A stretch of DNA of 64,000 nucleotides, taken from the IMG/VR virus record IMGVR_UViG_3300031772_000002, positions 1 through 64,000 of that record; one strand, given 5' to 3'. The notes beneath the pieces are model-generated. The model did no database searches, was not told where the DNA came from, and was given only the letters and a program-made list of their open reading frames with translations. Below, one piece after another: positions 39,856 through 50,615 of the stretch. This stretch comes from a virus. How positions within the stretch are numbered: position 1 is the stretch's first letter; each line of letters starts with the position of its first letter. Position numbers and translations under genes: made by a program.

Positions 39856-40881
39856 ATGTTAGAAACACATGCCGCCATTCAAGCTAATGAAGCTTTTATG
39901 GAAAAAATTGCCACTCTTGAGGGGCAGGCTCAGCTTTCAGAGGCAGGAAAACAGTATGTTAAAACTGAACTTCAGGAAGCAGCATTCTCACGAGCTATTG
40001 TTCCACAGGAACCAATTACTGTAGCAGATTGTCAAAGAAATGTTAATGATACATCATTGTATCTTATACGTGATATTGAACCGGATGCAGCTGCCGTAGC
40101 TGTAGATAATCTTGGAGAGCCGGATGGCCAATATGTAAAAGGCGAAAAGTATATAATACCGATCGTTAATTTTACCACAAAACGTTTTCAGATTACCTAT
40201 GAAGATCTTCGTTCGTATCAATATAAAATCACCAAACGCATTGAAGATAAATCCGTTCCTATTCTTGAAAAACTTGAAGATAAGTTTTTCCTTCGTATTT
40301 GCGGATCCGCTCTTGGCGTTGCAATTGATACCAAAAGAAAATGCGTAAAGTATGCAGGAGCAACAGCGCTTACAATTGATCAAAAAGATCTTGTAAAAAT
40401 TAAGAACACTCTTGCTTCAGGTATTAATGGCTCGGATTCAAAACGTAAAGAAGTGGGATGTATTTTAATGTGTCAGGAAGTTTTTGAGACAGCGGTATTT
40501 CTTCCAGGTGCTGGTGATGATTTTGGTAAAGACAGGGTTTTGAATGGTATTACTTCAGACACTCTTCATGGAACCAAAGTTATTAAAACCATTAAAAGTG
40601 ATATTCTTCCTGTCGGCCATATTTGGGCGTTTACAACTCCAGATTTTCTTGGTCATAATTTCTCATTAGGAGATCCTAATTTTGAAATTAAATCAAATTT
40701 TGGTCTTATTGAATGGCAGACAAAGGAATCGGTTGGTTTTAATATTGGCAATGCACTGTCTGTTGCATTACTTACACTTTTGGGTTCGGTAAATCCAGGA
40801 GGGTCAACTGATATTGAGGTTAAAGCTGACGGAATTCTTCCTGCAAATATTACAAACTATTATAAAGGTTTAAAACTGTAA
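39856..40881 (+). CDS. Major capsid protein (HK97 fold, inferred)
   Basis: 341 aa, AGGAG RBS, own terminator, precedes neck and tail genes; N-terminal FMEKIA. Confidence 0.7.
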   Translation: MLETHAAIQANEAFMEKIATLEGQAQLSEAGKQYVKTELQEAAFSRAIVPQEPITVADCQRNVNDTSLYLIRDIEPDAAAVAVDNLGEPDGQYVKGEKYIIPIVNFTTKRFQITYEDLRSYQYKITKRIEDKSVPILEKLEDKFFLRICGSALGVAIDTKRKCVKYAGATALTIDQKDLVKIKNTLASGINGSDSKRKEVGCILMCQEVFETAVFLPGAGDDFGKDRVLNGITSDTLHGTKVIKTIKSDILPVGHIWAFTTPDFLGHNFSLGDPNFEIKSNFGLIEWQTKESVGFNIGNALSVALLTLLGSVNPGGSTDIEVKADGILPANITNYYKGLKL

Positions 40882-40913
40882 AAAGTTGTAATTTATTTTT
40901 TTTTGTTATCATG

Positions 40914-40950
40914 AAAGCCCAGCCCCAATTTGGAAGGGCTGGGTTTTTTT
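40914..40950 (+). terminator. Intrinsic terminator
   Basis: GCCCAGCCC/GGGCTGGGT plus T-run. Confidence 0.85.
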
Positions 40951-40966
40951 GTTAAATAGGATAAAA

Positions 40967-41437
40967 ATGACATTAAGTGAATATAGAGTAGCTTTAAAAA
41001 ACTTTATTAAAGATCACGATATATTAAATAGATTAATAGAGTTTAAAGAAGAAAATTCAAGTAATGAATTGGATATGTATATCCATATGGCATTGGGTTT
41101 TTTAAATTCTACACCTCCAATGATTCAATCATATACTATATCTACATTTCCATTGCCATCTTTACTTATACACCAAGCATCAATTGAATGTTTAATTTCT
41201 AATGGTATAGTAATGGCTCGTAACGATCTTGCTTATAACAACGGTGGAATAAATGTAAAAATTTCTGATGGAACTCGATATCTACAGCAATTACAAACTT
41301 TATATGCTGTTGCTGATAAAGAAATAGATGTTTTAACTAAAATAAAAATAGCAATAAATATAAATGCAGGATGGGGAGGTGTTGCCTCTCCATATGCATC
41401 TTTGCATGGTTTAGAAGGAACTGTTATTGACGATTAA
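40967..41437 (+). CDS. Putative head-tail adaptor
   Basis: Position after capsid, helical about 155 aa. Confidence 0.45.
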   Translation: MTLSEYRVALKNFIKDHDILNRLIEFKEENSSNELDMYIHMALGFLNSTPPMIQSYTISTFPLPSLLIHQASIECLISNGIVMARNDLAYNNGGINVKISDGTRYLQQLQTLYAVADKEIDVLTKIKIAININAGWGGVASPYASLHGLEGTVIDD

Positions 41438-41452
41438 TAAAAGGGGAGATGT

Positions 41453-42292
41453 ATGGAAAAAGTAAAAATTGTTATTGAAGATCTTCAAAAAATTGCTGAA
41501 ATGGGTAATATTTTAAATGCATTATTAAAATTAGCTGCTAAGGATGAAGAATCTAATTTTAATGAAAAATCAAATAAAGATAAGAAAAATGAAGATAGCA
41601 CTACAGATAATGAAGAAGGTGAAAGTGCTGAGGGCGAATCTACTGAAGAAGAACCTGTTGAAGATGTGGCCCAGGAAGAACAAGAAGTTGAACAACCTAT
41701 AGTTGACGCTCAAGTACCTCAAGAAACTAACACTCCTGCTCCTCAAGAAATAGGTGCTATGTCAGCAAGGGCATTTCTTGGTCCTGAAGTTTTTAATATG
41801 GCTATGCAAGGAAATCCAAATGCGCAAGATTTAATAGGTCGTGTAGCTGCTCATATTGCACAGGTTGGAACAGATTCAGCATCAAATCAAATGGATCAAA
41901 TGATTCAACAGCAATCTATGTCACAAAATGAAGGATATGCAGCCACTCCTGATGGTTATGCTCCACAAGAAGGTGGAGTAATAGATCCTAACGCTGTTCC
42001 GGTGGATCAAAATGGTGTTCCTATAGATCAAAATGCTATTCCTGTAAATTCAAATGTAGCACAGGGAGTTGTAACTCCTGAAGAAGATGTTGCTAATGAT
42101 ATAGTTCCTCCAGCAGCGCCTTCTAAAGCTTCTACAGGTTCATCTATTAAACCAAATTCAGTTAATGGTAGTCAAGTAGCATCTCAAGATCAAAATGCGG
42201 TAAAAGGCCCAGTAAACGTTAATGGGGTGAATATGTATGATGAAGAAACAGTAGCTAAATTAATTGAATTGGCTAAACAAGGACAAATTTAA
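41453..42292 (+). CDS. Acidic low-complexity protein
   Basis: E/Q/P-rich; LQKIA, LKLAA. Confidence 0.5.
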   Translation: MEKVKIVIEDLQKIAEMGNILNALLKLAAKDEESNFNEKSNKDKKNEDSTTDNEEGESAEGESTEEEPVEDVAQEEQEVEQPIVDAQVPQETNTPAPQEIGAMSARAFLGPEVFNMAMQGNPNAQDLIGRVAAHIAQVGTDSASNQMDQMIQQQSMSQNEGYAATPDGYAPQEGGVIDPNAVPVDQNGVPIDQNAIPVNSNVAQGVVTPEEDVANDIVPPAAPSKASTGSSIKPNSVNGSQVASQDQNAVKGPVNVNGVNMYDEETVAKLIELAKQGQI

Positions 42293-42324
42293 CAGGTAAA
42301 TTTAACTAGGTTTAAAGTTAAGTA

Positions 42325-42909
42325 ATGGAACAAAAAATAACAAAAAATTTTTCTTTTTATGAGTTTGCACCCAATCTGTTTGGTAAGGGTTGGGTTCCTG
42401 ATAGTAAATATTTGCAGTTATTAATTGTTAATCTTGCAAATAATATGCAAATAGTAAGAGATGCCATGCCTGTAAATTCATCTATTAGCATTTCATCAGG
42501 AGTAAGAAATAAAGAAGATTATGATAGACTTGTTTCAAATGGATACAATCCATCGGAAACAAGTGATCATAATTATGGTAATGCTGTATTGTTAAAATAT
42601 GGATCTGATAAATATTTAAAATATGGACCAACTTATAACTTTTCAGTTGGAGCGGCTGATTGTGTACCTAATGGAATTACTGCTAAAGAGTTATTCAATT
42701 TAACTATGGATTTAGTCATAAATAATAAATGTAAATTTGGTCAAGTTATTTATGAAAGAGATCCTGTTAGAAGAGTTGAATGGATTCATTTAGGTGGATA
42801 TGCAAAATATTATTTTAATGAATCAATAGTAAATTTAATTGATAAAAAATTATTCTTATCGAGTATAGATAGTGGAAAAACTTATCAAGAAATTAATAAA
42901 CCATTATGA
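42325..42909 (+). CDS. Peptidase M15 family (endolysin-like)
   Basis: ITKNFSFYEF, ISSGVR, SDH, AAD, WIH. Confidence 0.75.
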   Translation: MEQKITKNFSFYEFAPNLFGKGWVPDSKYLQLLIVNLANNMQIVRDAMPVNSSISISSGVRNKEDYDRLVSNGYNPSETSDHNYGNAVLLKYGSDKYLKYGPTYNFSVGAADCVPNGITAKELFNLTMDLVINNKCKFGQVIYERDPVRRVEWIHLGGYAKYYFNESIVNLIDKKLFLSSIDSGKTYQEINKPL

Positions 42910-43742
42910 TTTTTTCATCAGTAGAAGTCATAAAAACTATAGAAAATGAATTCTTTATAGAATGGGATTTAATTCCAGACGATCCGCCAATTACTGATGA
43001 TTATATAGATAATTATTTTTTTAATATTTATTGGTCTAAACATCCTGAAAATGAATTTGAAACTATTAATGATGTTGACGGGTATCCTATCGAAATTGAT
43101 GGGTATACCGGCCCTTTATCTTATACTCATAGAATTAAACAATACGAATTTAATGTTGATCATTATTATAAAATTTTTGCTGTAAATAAAAATGATCCTA
43201 ATTATAGTTTTTTTTCTAAAGTTGTTTTTATAGGAATGCATTATAATGGTATTCATGATACCATGCGCCACGCTGAGTATATTCTTTATAATATGTATCA
43301 TGGAGAACCATGCAAACTTTACAAAAGAAAAAATACCGGAACAAGATGTAATAAATGTTGGTCCGAAGAAAGACAACAACGAACACTTTCATTTTGTGAT
43401 GTATGTAATAGCACTGGATTTATTTCAGGTTTTTTTTCACCTATTGTAGTTCAAATATCTTTCGGAGCTTCCCATAAAATATCAGTTCCTCAACAAAATT
43501 GGGAAAATGTTTTTCTTCTAAATGAAGCTAGAATGAGTAATTATCCAATTGTTCGTCCAAAAGATTTAATAGTTAATAATGATAATAATAAAAGATTTGT
43601 AATAAGTAAAGTTGATATTACTAAACTTCCAAAATTAAGCGAAAGTTCTGCAATATTATCTAAACAAAATTATATTATAAGTCAGATATTAACTATTGAT
43701 GAAATAGTTAGTAGTGATAATGAATATGATATTATTGTATAG
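42906..43742 (+). CDS. Putative neck/head-closure protein with CxxC-CxxC
   Basis: CNKC..CDVC, position. Confidence 0.45.
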   Translation: MIFSSVEVIKTIENEFFIEWDLIPDDPPITDDYIDNYFFNIYWSKHPENEFETINDVDGYPIEIDGYTGPLSYTHRIKQYEFNVDHYYKIFAVNKNDPNYSFFSKVVFIGMHYNGIHDTMRHAEYILYNMYHGEPCKLYKRKNTGTRCNKCWSEERQQRTLSFCDVCNSTGFISGFFSPIVVQISFGASHKISVPQQNWENVFLLNEARMSNYPIVRPKDLIVNNDNNKRFVISKVDITKLPKLSESSAILSKQNYIISQILTIDEIVSSDNEYDIIV

Positions 43743-43745
43743 GAG

Positions 43746-44249
43746 TTGACTATGATTGATAACGAAAGAGAACTTGGAAAAATACAACAACAATTAGACA
43801 CTGCTGTAGAAAATATTACTTTATTACGAGATAATATTACTTTATTATTTAATAAATTAGATTCTGATTCTAAAGATACAATAAAAGAAATAGCTAAGGT
43901 TTATGAATCAGTAAATATTCATTTGCATTCATTATCTAATAAAATAGAAAATAATTCTAAGGAAACAGTTAAAGAAATTTCTAAAATTTATTCATCCCTA
44001 AATTCGCATTTGAACGTAACAAAAGAAAAAAGAGAAAATTGTGAGAAATTATTTACCTTGTTTGAAAATAGATTAAATGAACATGAAATTAAAATAGATG
44101 ATATTGATACTAACCAGCAAAGGATTGATACTAATATTGATATTTCTTTTAAAGCGGTAAAAGTTTTTGTTAGTATAATAAGTTTTATTGCTTTATTAAT
44201 AAGTATAGCATCAATGGCTATAACTTTTTTCAAGTTAATTCATAATTAA
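43746..44249 (+). CDS. Coiled-coil protein with C-terminal TM helix (holin-like candidate)
   Basis: VFVSIISFIALLISIASMAITFF. Confidence 0.4.
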   Translation: MTMIDNERELGKIQQQLDTAVENITLLRDNITLLFNKLDSDSKDTIKEIAKVYESVNIHLHSLSNKIENNSKETVKEISKIYSSLNSHLNVTKEKRENCEKLFTLFENRLNEHEIKIDDIDTNQQRIDTNIDISFKAVKVFVSIISFIALLISIASMAITFFKLIHN

Positions 44250-44308
44250 ATTTAATAACAATTTGTTTATTTTATCTTTATAGCTTATATTTATGTTGAA
44301 GGATCAGG

Positions 44309-45238
44309 ATGTCATCAGTATTAAAAAAATTTCCATTGGCTCTTATAAGTGATGCATTTATAAGTTATATACAATGGATGTTTGGAAATGAAGAGAAGGT
44401 TCCTGAATACTATAGATGGATTGCAGATGATAGGTTAAGTAAAATTCGTATATCATCACCATTTGTTATAGATAATCAAAAACCAATGAGTGCCCCATTT
44501 ATAGTAGTTGAAAGAAGTGGTTTTACATTTCAACATAATATTATAAATGATGTTAAGTCTGGATCAGAAAATACATTTGAACAAATAGAACAGGTGGTAA
44601 TATTAGATGGATTTATTAATATTATATGTGGTTCGCGGGTTGGGTCTGAGGCTTCATCATTAGCTAATTTTTTAGCTATTAATTTACAATCTGATAGACA
44701 TGGAATTATGGATGCTTTAAAATTTTTACGTAATATGAATTGTGTTGATATTGGACCTGAAACACCTGTAGTTATTAATACTGAAGTAAGAAGATATGAA
44801 GTTGTATTGCGTATTTCTGCATCAATACAACTTGGGTGGTTAAACGTATTAAGAGAGCCTGAATTATGGAATTCAGTATCTATATTTGCAGTAAATAAAG
44901 AATCTACAACATTTTCTGAAAATGGAGTGGTTGAAAAAGATAAAGATATATTGTATGATAATAGTAAAAGTTTTGGATTTGAAGAAGATGATGATCCAAG
45001 ACTAAATGAAAAAGAATTATCAAATGGATATTATTATATTAAATTTAATGAAAATCCACAGTTATATCCTATTGATAGTATAAAAGATAAAAATACATTA
45101 AAATTATTAACTCATAATGATTATAATGAACCTATACCATGGGTAGCTCCTGATAATGCTGATGATGTTAAATATGAATTATATTGGAATTGTATACATT
45201 TAACAGGCGAAATACCAAATAATAACCAAGGAGAATAG
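44309..45238 (+). CDS. Putative tail completion/terminator protein
   Basis: Directly precedes sheath; PFIVVER. Confidence 0.4.
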   Translation: MSSVLKKFPLALISDAFISYIQWMFGNEEKVPEYYRWIADDRLSKIRISSPFVIDNQKPMSAPFIVVERSGFTFQHNIINDVKSGSENTFEQIEQVVILDGFINIICGSRVGSEASSLANFLAINLQSDRHGIMDALKFLRNMNCVDIGPETPVVINTEVRRYEVVLRISASIQLGWLNVLREPELWNSVSIFAVNKESTTFSENGVVEKDKDILYDNSKSFGFEEDDDPRLNEKELSNGYYYIKFNENPQLYPIDSIKDKNTLKLLTHNDYNEPIPWVAPDNADDVKYELYWNCIHLTGEIPNNNQGE

Positions 45239-45241
45239 AAA

Positions 45242-47803
45242 ATGGCTACAACATATCAAGGACCAAATGTTTCAGTAACTCAACAGTTTGTTACAAGTCC
45301 AGGCGCAATTGCTGTGGAAGATATTCCATCTGCAATAGTTGCTACTGCATTTGATGTGTATCTTAATGAATTGATTGGATCATCATATGGAATTAAAGAT
45401 AATGTTTTAGAATGGGGTGTTGAAAAAGTAGTATATAATAAAGATGTTATTAATAAAAGAGCATACGATTTTTATCCTGTAAAAGTAAAAGGATCTTCAC
45501 CATTTGGAAATATTGATCTTGATATAGATAGTGATAATATATCAGAAGATGGTATTTCTATTGGATATGATGATAATTATACAGTTCCAAACACAGAACA
45601 AGTAGAAGGGGAATGCGAAGGTATAATTCCTTATTATAGAAAAGAAGGGGTTTCAGGTGAAGTTAAAATTCTTGCTTCTGATCTTAAAACGATTTTAATT
45701 ACTGACGGAGCTGTAGTTACTTCAAAAATTAAAACAGGTCAAAATGTTTTTATTAATATTAGTGATGCTTGGACATTTGTAGGAACGGTTGCTAATATTA
45801 GTACCGACGAAACAAAAATAAATCTTCAAAAAGCTTATTCTGCTGCTATACTTAATGGTGAAGGAATTGTTGTTGGAGCTCATAATGTTTCGACTATTGA
45901 TATTCCTAATACATTGTATGATGTAAATGCGAAATTTGTAACTAATAAAGTTAAAATTGGAGATGTATTATATTTATCATCATTAGCAATTTCAGATTCA
46001 ATAGATACTCCAATTCAAGTAAGCGTAACTTCAGTATTAAATGAAAATACATTAAAATTTAATACTATTCCGCTTGATACAGGCAGGGTTGATTATTCAT
46101 TTACTCAATACAAGGCATTTGAACAAACTCCATTTTCTACTCTTTATTTAAGTTATTATACCATTAAAAGATATCTTGGATTTTCTCAAAACTATGGATT
46201 AAAACTCGTTGGCGACGCTTCAATTGTAGAGAAAATAAATGATTATTCATTTAGTATTACAGACACTGGCGGGTTAGCTCCAGTGCTTTCTGCAGGAGAT
46301 TTATTTTTAGTAACTACTGCCATTATAGATGATGGTGTTGACGAACGTACTATTGACAATATAAGATTATATCGTATTAATACTATTGTTAAAAGTGGTG
46401 AAGTTTATACTATCACTACAAATTCAGTTATATATAAATCGGTAGTGTCTCCTAATGATACTAAGTTTATTACCGGAGATTTTTTAACTGCATGGCATCC
46501 TAAAATTGAAAGTGATATTCTTTCTGATTTTCGTGCAGTAAGAACTGAAGAAATTGGAGTTGTAAAACGTATCGCAAGTTTGAAAGATATTACCGATGCG
46601 TGGTCAAATGATGGTAGTATTAATTTACATAATGAGTTGGCTTTTATGGCTTCTGCAGCTTTTTCTCAATCAGGACAACAAGTTTTATATGGTGTTCATG
46701 TTGATGCTACTGAAAATAATCTATCTGAACAATATGCAGAAGCTCTTGAGGAGCTTAAACTTTATGATGTATATAGCCATACATTTGGAACTACCGATGT
46801 GGGTGTTAATGCTCTTGCGGGGCCATATTGTGATGAACAGTCTGAACCTTACGAAGGTCATGAACGTATTGCCACTGTAGTTTATGATGAAAATGATATT
46901 TATTTAATGGGATCAGATGATGGCAGTATTGATGAATCTACAGGAGTTATAACTATAAATGGATCCTTTGATCCTGTTTCTGCTGGAATAACAGTTAATG
47001 ACATTGTTGAAATATATGATGTTGATGGTGAACTTGTTACAACTGTTAATGTTATTGCAACTCCAGATTCAGAAACTCCTTTTGAAATACAAACAGATTA
47101 TAGTGGAGATTCAATAACTACTCCAAGTTTTAAATTCATGAGTGGACGAAAAGATAATCAAGCAATTAAAATAGCCGCTATAGATTATGGGAATCGTAGA
47201 GTTAAAGTGTTGTGGCCAGGATGGTTTTATGGATATTATAATAGTATCCAGTATCTTCTTCCTCCATATTATATCTCTGCAGCAATTGTTGGATTGGATT
47301 CAGGAGTAGTAGTTTCTCAATCATTTACAAATATGAATTTTAGCATACCAGGAATAGCTAATATTTCATTAAAAACAAATCATTATTTTAAGAAATCTCA
47401 ACTTGATGAAATTGGAGGCAGTGGAGTTGATGTTATGATTCAGGATGTATCTCCAAGCCAATCAATTAAGTCAAGACATGATTTAACTTCAAATATGGAT
47501 GCTGTAGAATATAGAGAGCATTCTATTACTAAACAGGCGGATGTTGCTGCGAAAACATTACGATCAGCTATAAATCCATATGTTGGAAAGTATAATATTA
47601 CTAACGATTTATTGAAATTTATAGCGTCTGTATGTGGAATAGTATCAACAACACTTACCAGAAAAGGAATTTTGCAATCACTTTATGTAAAATCAATTGC
47701 TCGTGATGAAGTTATTGCTGATAAAATTAATATTGTATGCGAAGCAACTGTATTTGTTGCGGGTAATTATTATGACATTACATTGATTATTAAATCACGT
47801 TAA
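45242..47803 (+). CDS. Contractile tail sheath protein
   Basis: YQGPNVSV N-terminus, PPYYISAAIVG, EHSITKQAD..YVGKYNI, followed by tube-sized gene. Confidence 0.75.
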   Translation: MATTYQGPNVSVTQQFVTSPGAIAVEDIPSAIVATAFDVYLNELIGSSYGIKDNVLEWGVEKVVYNKDVINKRAYDFYPVKVKGSSPFGNIDLDIDSDNISEDGISIGYDDNYTVPNTEQVEGECEGIIPYYRKEGVSGEVKILASDLKTILITDGAVVTSKIKTGQNVFINISDAWTFVGTVANISTDETKINLQKAYSAAILNGEGIVVGAHNVSTIDIPNTLYDVNAKFVTNKVKIGDVLYLSSLAISDSIDTPIQVSVTSVLNENTLKFNTIPLDTGRVDYSFTQYKAFEQTPFSTLYLSYYTIKRYLGFSQNYGLKLVGDASIVEKINDYSFSITDTGGLAPVLSAGDLFLVTTAIIDDGVDERTIDNIRLYRINTIVKSGEVYTITTNSVIYKSVVSPNDTKFITGDFLTAWHPKIESDILSDFRAVRTEEIGVVKRIASLKDITDAWSNDGSINLHNELAFMASAAFSQSGQQVLYGVHVDATENNLSEQYAEALEELKLYDVYSHTFGTTDVGVNALAGPYCDEQSEPYEGHERIATVVYDENDIYLMGSDDGSIDESTGVITINGSFDPVSAGITVNDIVEIYDVDGELVTTVNVIATPDSETPFEIQTDYSGDSITTPSFKFMSGRKDNQAIKIAAIDYGNRRVKVLWPGWFYGYYNSIQYLLPPYYISAAIVGLDSGVVVSQSFTNMNFSIPGIANISLKTNHYFKKSQLDEIGGSGVDVMIQDVSPSQSIKSRHDLTSNMDAVEYREHSITKQADVAAKTLRSAINPYVGKYNITNDLLKFIASVCGIVSTTLTRKGILQSLYVKSIARDEVIADKINIVCEATVFVAGNYYDITLIIKSR

Positions 47804-47844
47804 TATATATATATATAAATTGAAATAATCTAGGAGGAAATTTT

Positions 47845-48639
47845 ATGGGAAACCCTATTAATTTAGATAGCTTAGTTGATCTTAGTGGTGGGTGGGATTG
47901 GAAAAATAAACATGTCTCACAGGCTTATATTGACAAGACAGGATTTCAAGCTAACAAACAAGGTATAGCTATAAACGATATAGTTGAATCTGGAACTGTT
48001 TTAATATGTGCAGGACCTGCTGATTTTGAGCAAGCTCTTTCAGGATCTGTAGGTATTAGAATAGTTCCAATAGGTCTTGTTGACACTGCTCAAATAAGTA
48101 TGTCTAAACCACTTAGTAGAATATTTGAAATTGGCTCTCGATTAAGTTATTTAATACCAGGGAAAACTGTTGGAGCCATAAATATGAGTAGAGTGTTTTT
48201 TGATGGCGCCAATATATTAAAAGCTTTATATATGGGAGAGGTAAAGGCTGATTATTCTACTGTAGATAAAAAGTTTGCTAAATTTATGTCTAATAAATAT
48301 TTAGACTCTTCAGGTAATGAAAGTTATCAAGAGTTTGAACCAATAGGTTCTGGTCAAATGTCTATAAATTTAGCTTCTTCATTTTTTGATCAACCAACTG
48401 GACTTGCCTTTTACTTTAAAGATCAGCAAAGTGATACGGTAAGTCAAATTTATTTTGAAGGATGCAGAATCAGTACTCATCAACTTGGTATTTCAGCAGC
48501 AATGAATGTGTTGTCTGAGGGAGTATCTATTGAATTTATTAGAGTTAGGCCAATTAATACAGCAGCTTCGTATGATTATATAAAAGGTACAAATCTTGCT
48601 GATGTTAATATCATATCTCCTTTAATTAATAAAGGATAG
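47845..48639 (+). CDS. Tail tube protein
   Basis: Follows sheath; PIGLV, RIFEIGS, YFEGC..SEGVSI. Confidence 0.65.
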   Translation: MGNPINLDSLVDLSGGWDWKNKHVSQAYIDKTGFQANKQGIAINDIVESGTVLICAGPADFEQALSGSVGIRIVPIGLVDTAQISMSKPLSRIFEIGSRLSYLIPGKTVGAINMSRVFFDGANILKALYMGEVKADYSTVDKKFAKFMSNKYLDSSGNESYQEFEPIGSGQMSINLASSFFDQPTGLAFYFKDQQSDTVSQIYFEGCRISTHQLGISAAMNVLSEGVSIEFIRVRPINTAASYDYIKGTNLADVNIISPLINKG

Positions 48640-48662
48640 TAATTTTAGTGAATTTAATAGCT

Positions 48663-48694
48663 AAAAAAAAGGTCACTTAAAATGTGGCCTTTTT
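48663..48694. terminator. Bidirectional terminator between convergent regions
   Basis: A8-GGTCAC..GTGGCC-T5. Confidence 0.75.
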
Positions 48695-48845
48695 AGTCTT
48701 ACCTTAAATTGATTAGATGGCTCTATTCGGAAGAGTCACATCCATCATTTCCCAACGTCTTGGTGGTAACATCAGATCCGCGACGCGGCGCCACACCAAC
48801 GGAACCAGAAGTCGTTGCTCCTTGGGCTTTTGGCAGTCGCCATCG

Positions 48846-48915
48846 ATTTAATATCCTCCAAGTTGATAAATTTCTCTTATACACCTATTCTGTTATAACT
48901 TGGAGGATATTAAAT
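48846..48915. repeat. Perfect 19-bp inverted repeat, 32-nt spacer
   Basis: ATTTAATATCCTCCAAGTT 48846-48864 / 48897-48915. Confidence 0.9.
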
Positions 48916-49060
48916 AAAAATTGAAGAATGGAGAAACTCCATTCTATTCAACTCTAAGACTTGTACAAACTTCACTTGATTCGATATAATACTTATAGAA
49001 TTGAACTCCCAGACCGTGGAGGATTATCCTACTAACTAATAAAATTACTCCTGGTGGGTA

Positions 49061-49134
49061 TTTTTAACTTTCAATTTATATGGTTACATATTTCGCATAT
49101 TATTTTCTGACTAATATAAATTGAAAGTTAAAAA
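49061..49134. repeat. Perfect 21-bp inverted repeat, 32-nt spacer
   Basis: TTTTTAACTTTCAATTTATAT 49061-49081 / 49114-49134. Confidence 0.9.
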
Positions 49135-49209
49135 AAATAATAAATGGCGATACGCCATTAAAATTTCTTTGTACATTAATATTATTACAAAAAAAACATA
49201 TAAATAACA

Positions 49210-50127
49210 TCAATTGACTTTGTAAGGTTTTGATATTATTTCAGATAATTCTGGACCTTTCCAATATGGTAAAATCCATTGCTTTCTTCTTAAAGTTAAT
49301 TTTTCTCCATAAGCTTGATTTGTCCAATGGCCCCTGACTATAAATCTTTTATCTATAGTTCTATGCTTAGAACTATTTAAAGATTTATAATCTTTTGGAG
49401 TTGTTAAATATATATAAGTATTAGTAATTTTTTTATTTTTACTATTACTTTTAACATTTGTTTTTCGTGTACATATTTTTTGCACACAACCATTGTCAAC
49501 CCTTTCATTAATATACATTACTGTATTATAAAATATATTAACAACTTTTTGAGTTTCATTTTTTGTTATTCTTATGTCCAAATCTTTTGCTATTGGATGT
49601 ATTTGCTTTTCATACATTTCTTTAATAACATTATCTTTTTTTAAATTTAACCAAATATAATCCAGACCAGTATCTATATCTAATATTTTTACACCAGGGA
49701 CTATGGCCGATATTGAAATATCCCATTCAATATTATGAACATAGCCATCAATACTAATTAGTTTAGAATTTTTAGTTGCAGTTTCTTTATCAATATAAAG
49801 AATATTATATACATTTGTTTTTCTTCCATCACTAAAAAATACGTCAAACATTGGGTTTTCGCTTTCTATCATAAAGCACCCAAAAGGATATTGAAAATCA
49901 TTTGGTGTATAATTAAGATTAATATCTGTATTATTAAAAGCTTCAACAAGATCTGATGATAATTTAAAAGTTTTAGATCCTGTCATTTGCCATATTTTTA
50001 TTTTATTTAGTAATGATAAATACATGAATATTAATTCTGCTGTTTTAAAATTTTTACTATATTGATTATATTGATTTAATGAATTGGCAAAATTTTCTAA
50101 TATTTCCATTCTCTTAATTATATTCAT
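49210..50127 (-). CDS. Phage hypothetical protein with VRGHW C-terminal motif
   Basis: FIVRGHWTNQAYG..WILPYWKG. Confidence 0.65.
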   Translation of the reverse strand: MNIIKRMEILENFANSLNQYNQYSKNFKTAELIFMYLSLLNKIKIWQMTGSKTFKLSSDLVEAFNNTDINLNYTPNDFQYPFGCFMIESENPMFDVFFSDGRKTNVYNILYIDKETATKNSKLISIDGYVHNIEWDISISAIVPGVKILDIDTGLDYIWLNLKKDNVIKEMYEKQIHPIAKDLDIRITKNETQKVVNIFYNTVMYINERVDNGCVQKICTRKTNVKSNSKNKKITNTYIYLTTPKDYKSLNSSKHRTIDKRFIVRGHWTNQAYGEKLTLRRKQWILPYWKGPELSEIISKPYKVN

Positions 50128-50153
50128 TTATTTTCCTTTTGTAAATTTTTTTT

Positions 50154-50525
50154 TTAAATATTTTCTACTATTTCTGTTATATGTATTGGTTCAGTTTCAA
50201 TATTTATTGAGGTATTTTTAATTAATCCTTTCCAATATACCATTCTATCAGTAACACACGCAGTTAATATATCAATAGTTCCATTCCATTTTTTTACCAA
50301 TTCTATGTATTTAAATTGTATATCAATTTCGTCTAAATCATCTTCATAAAAAATTGGAGTAATATCAAAAATTTCTATACAATATGCATTAAGACTTTTT
50401 ACCGCTTCACATAATTTTTTTATTCTATTAACTAGATTTTCATTCATTACAATTAGAGCGCTGTTAGGATAGCCACTGCAATAATGATCAGAAACATAAA
50501 TTCTTTTAATAAAAGTTTTATCCAT
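50154..50525 (-). CDS. Hypothetical protein
   Basis: ORF with AGGA RBS. Confidence 0.6.
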   Translation of the reverse strand: MDKTFIKRIYVSDHYCSGYPNSALIVMNENLVNRIKKLCEAVKSLNAYCIEIFDITPIFYEDDLDEIDIQFKYIELVKKWNGTIDILTACVTDRMVYWKGLIKNTSINIETEPIHITEIVENI

Positions 50526-50615
50526 TTTATTCCTTTTAAAAAGTACGAGTTTTAGTATTAATTGGGGACGAGGTGAGATTATTTAATACATAAAACGTCG
50601 TACTTTTAATTTAAT

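Noticed and set aside
48709-48924. 71-aa + strand ORF
   Set aside because: Downstream of terminator, TTG start, no RBS; minus-strand signals are stronger
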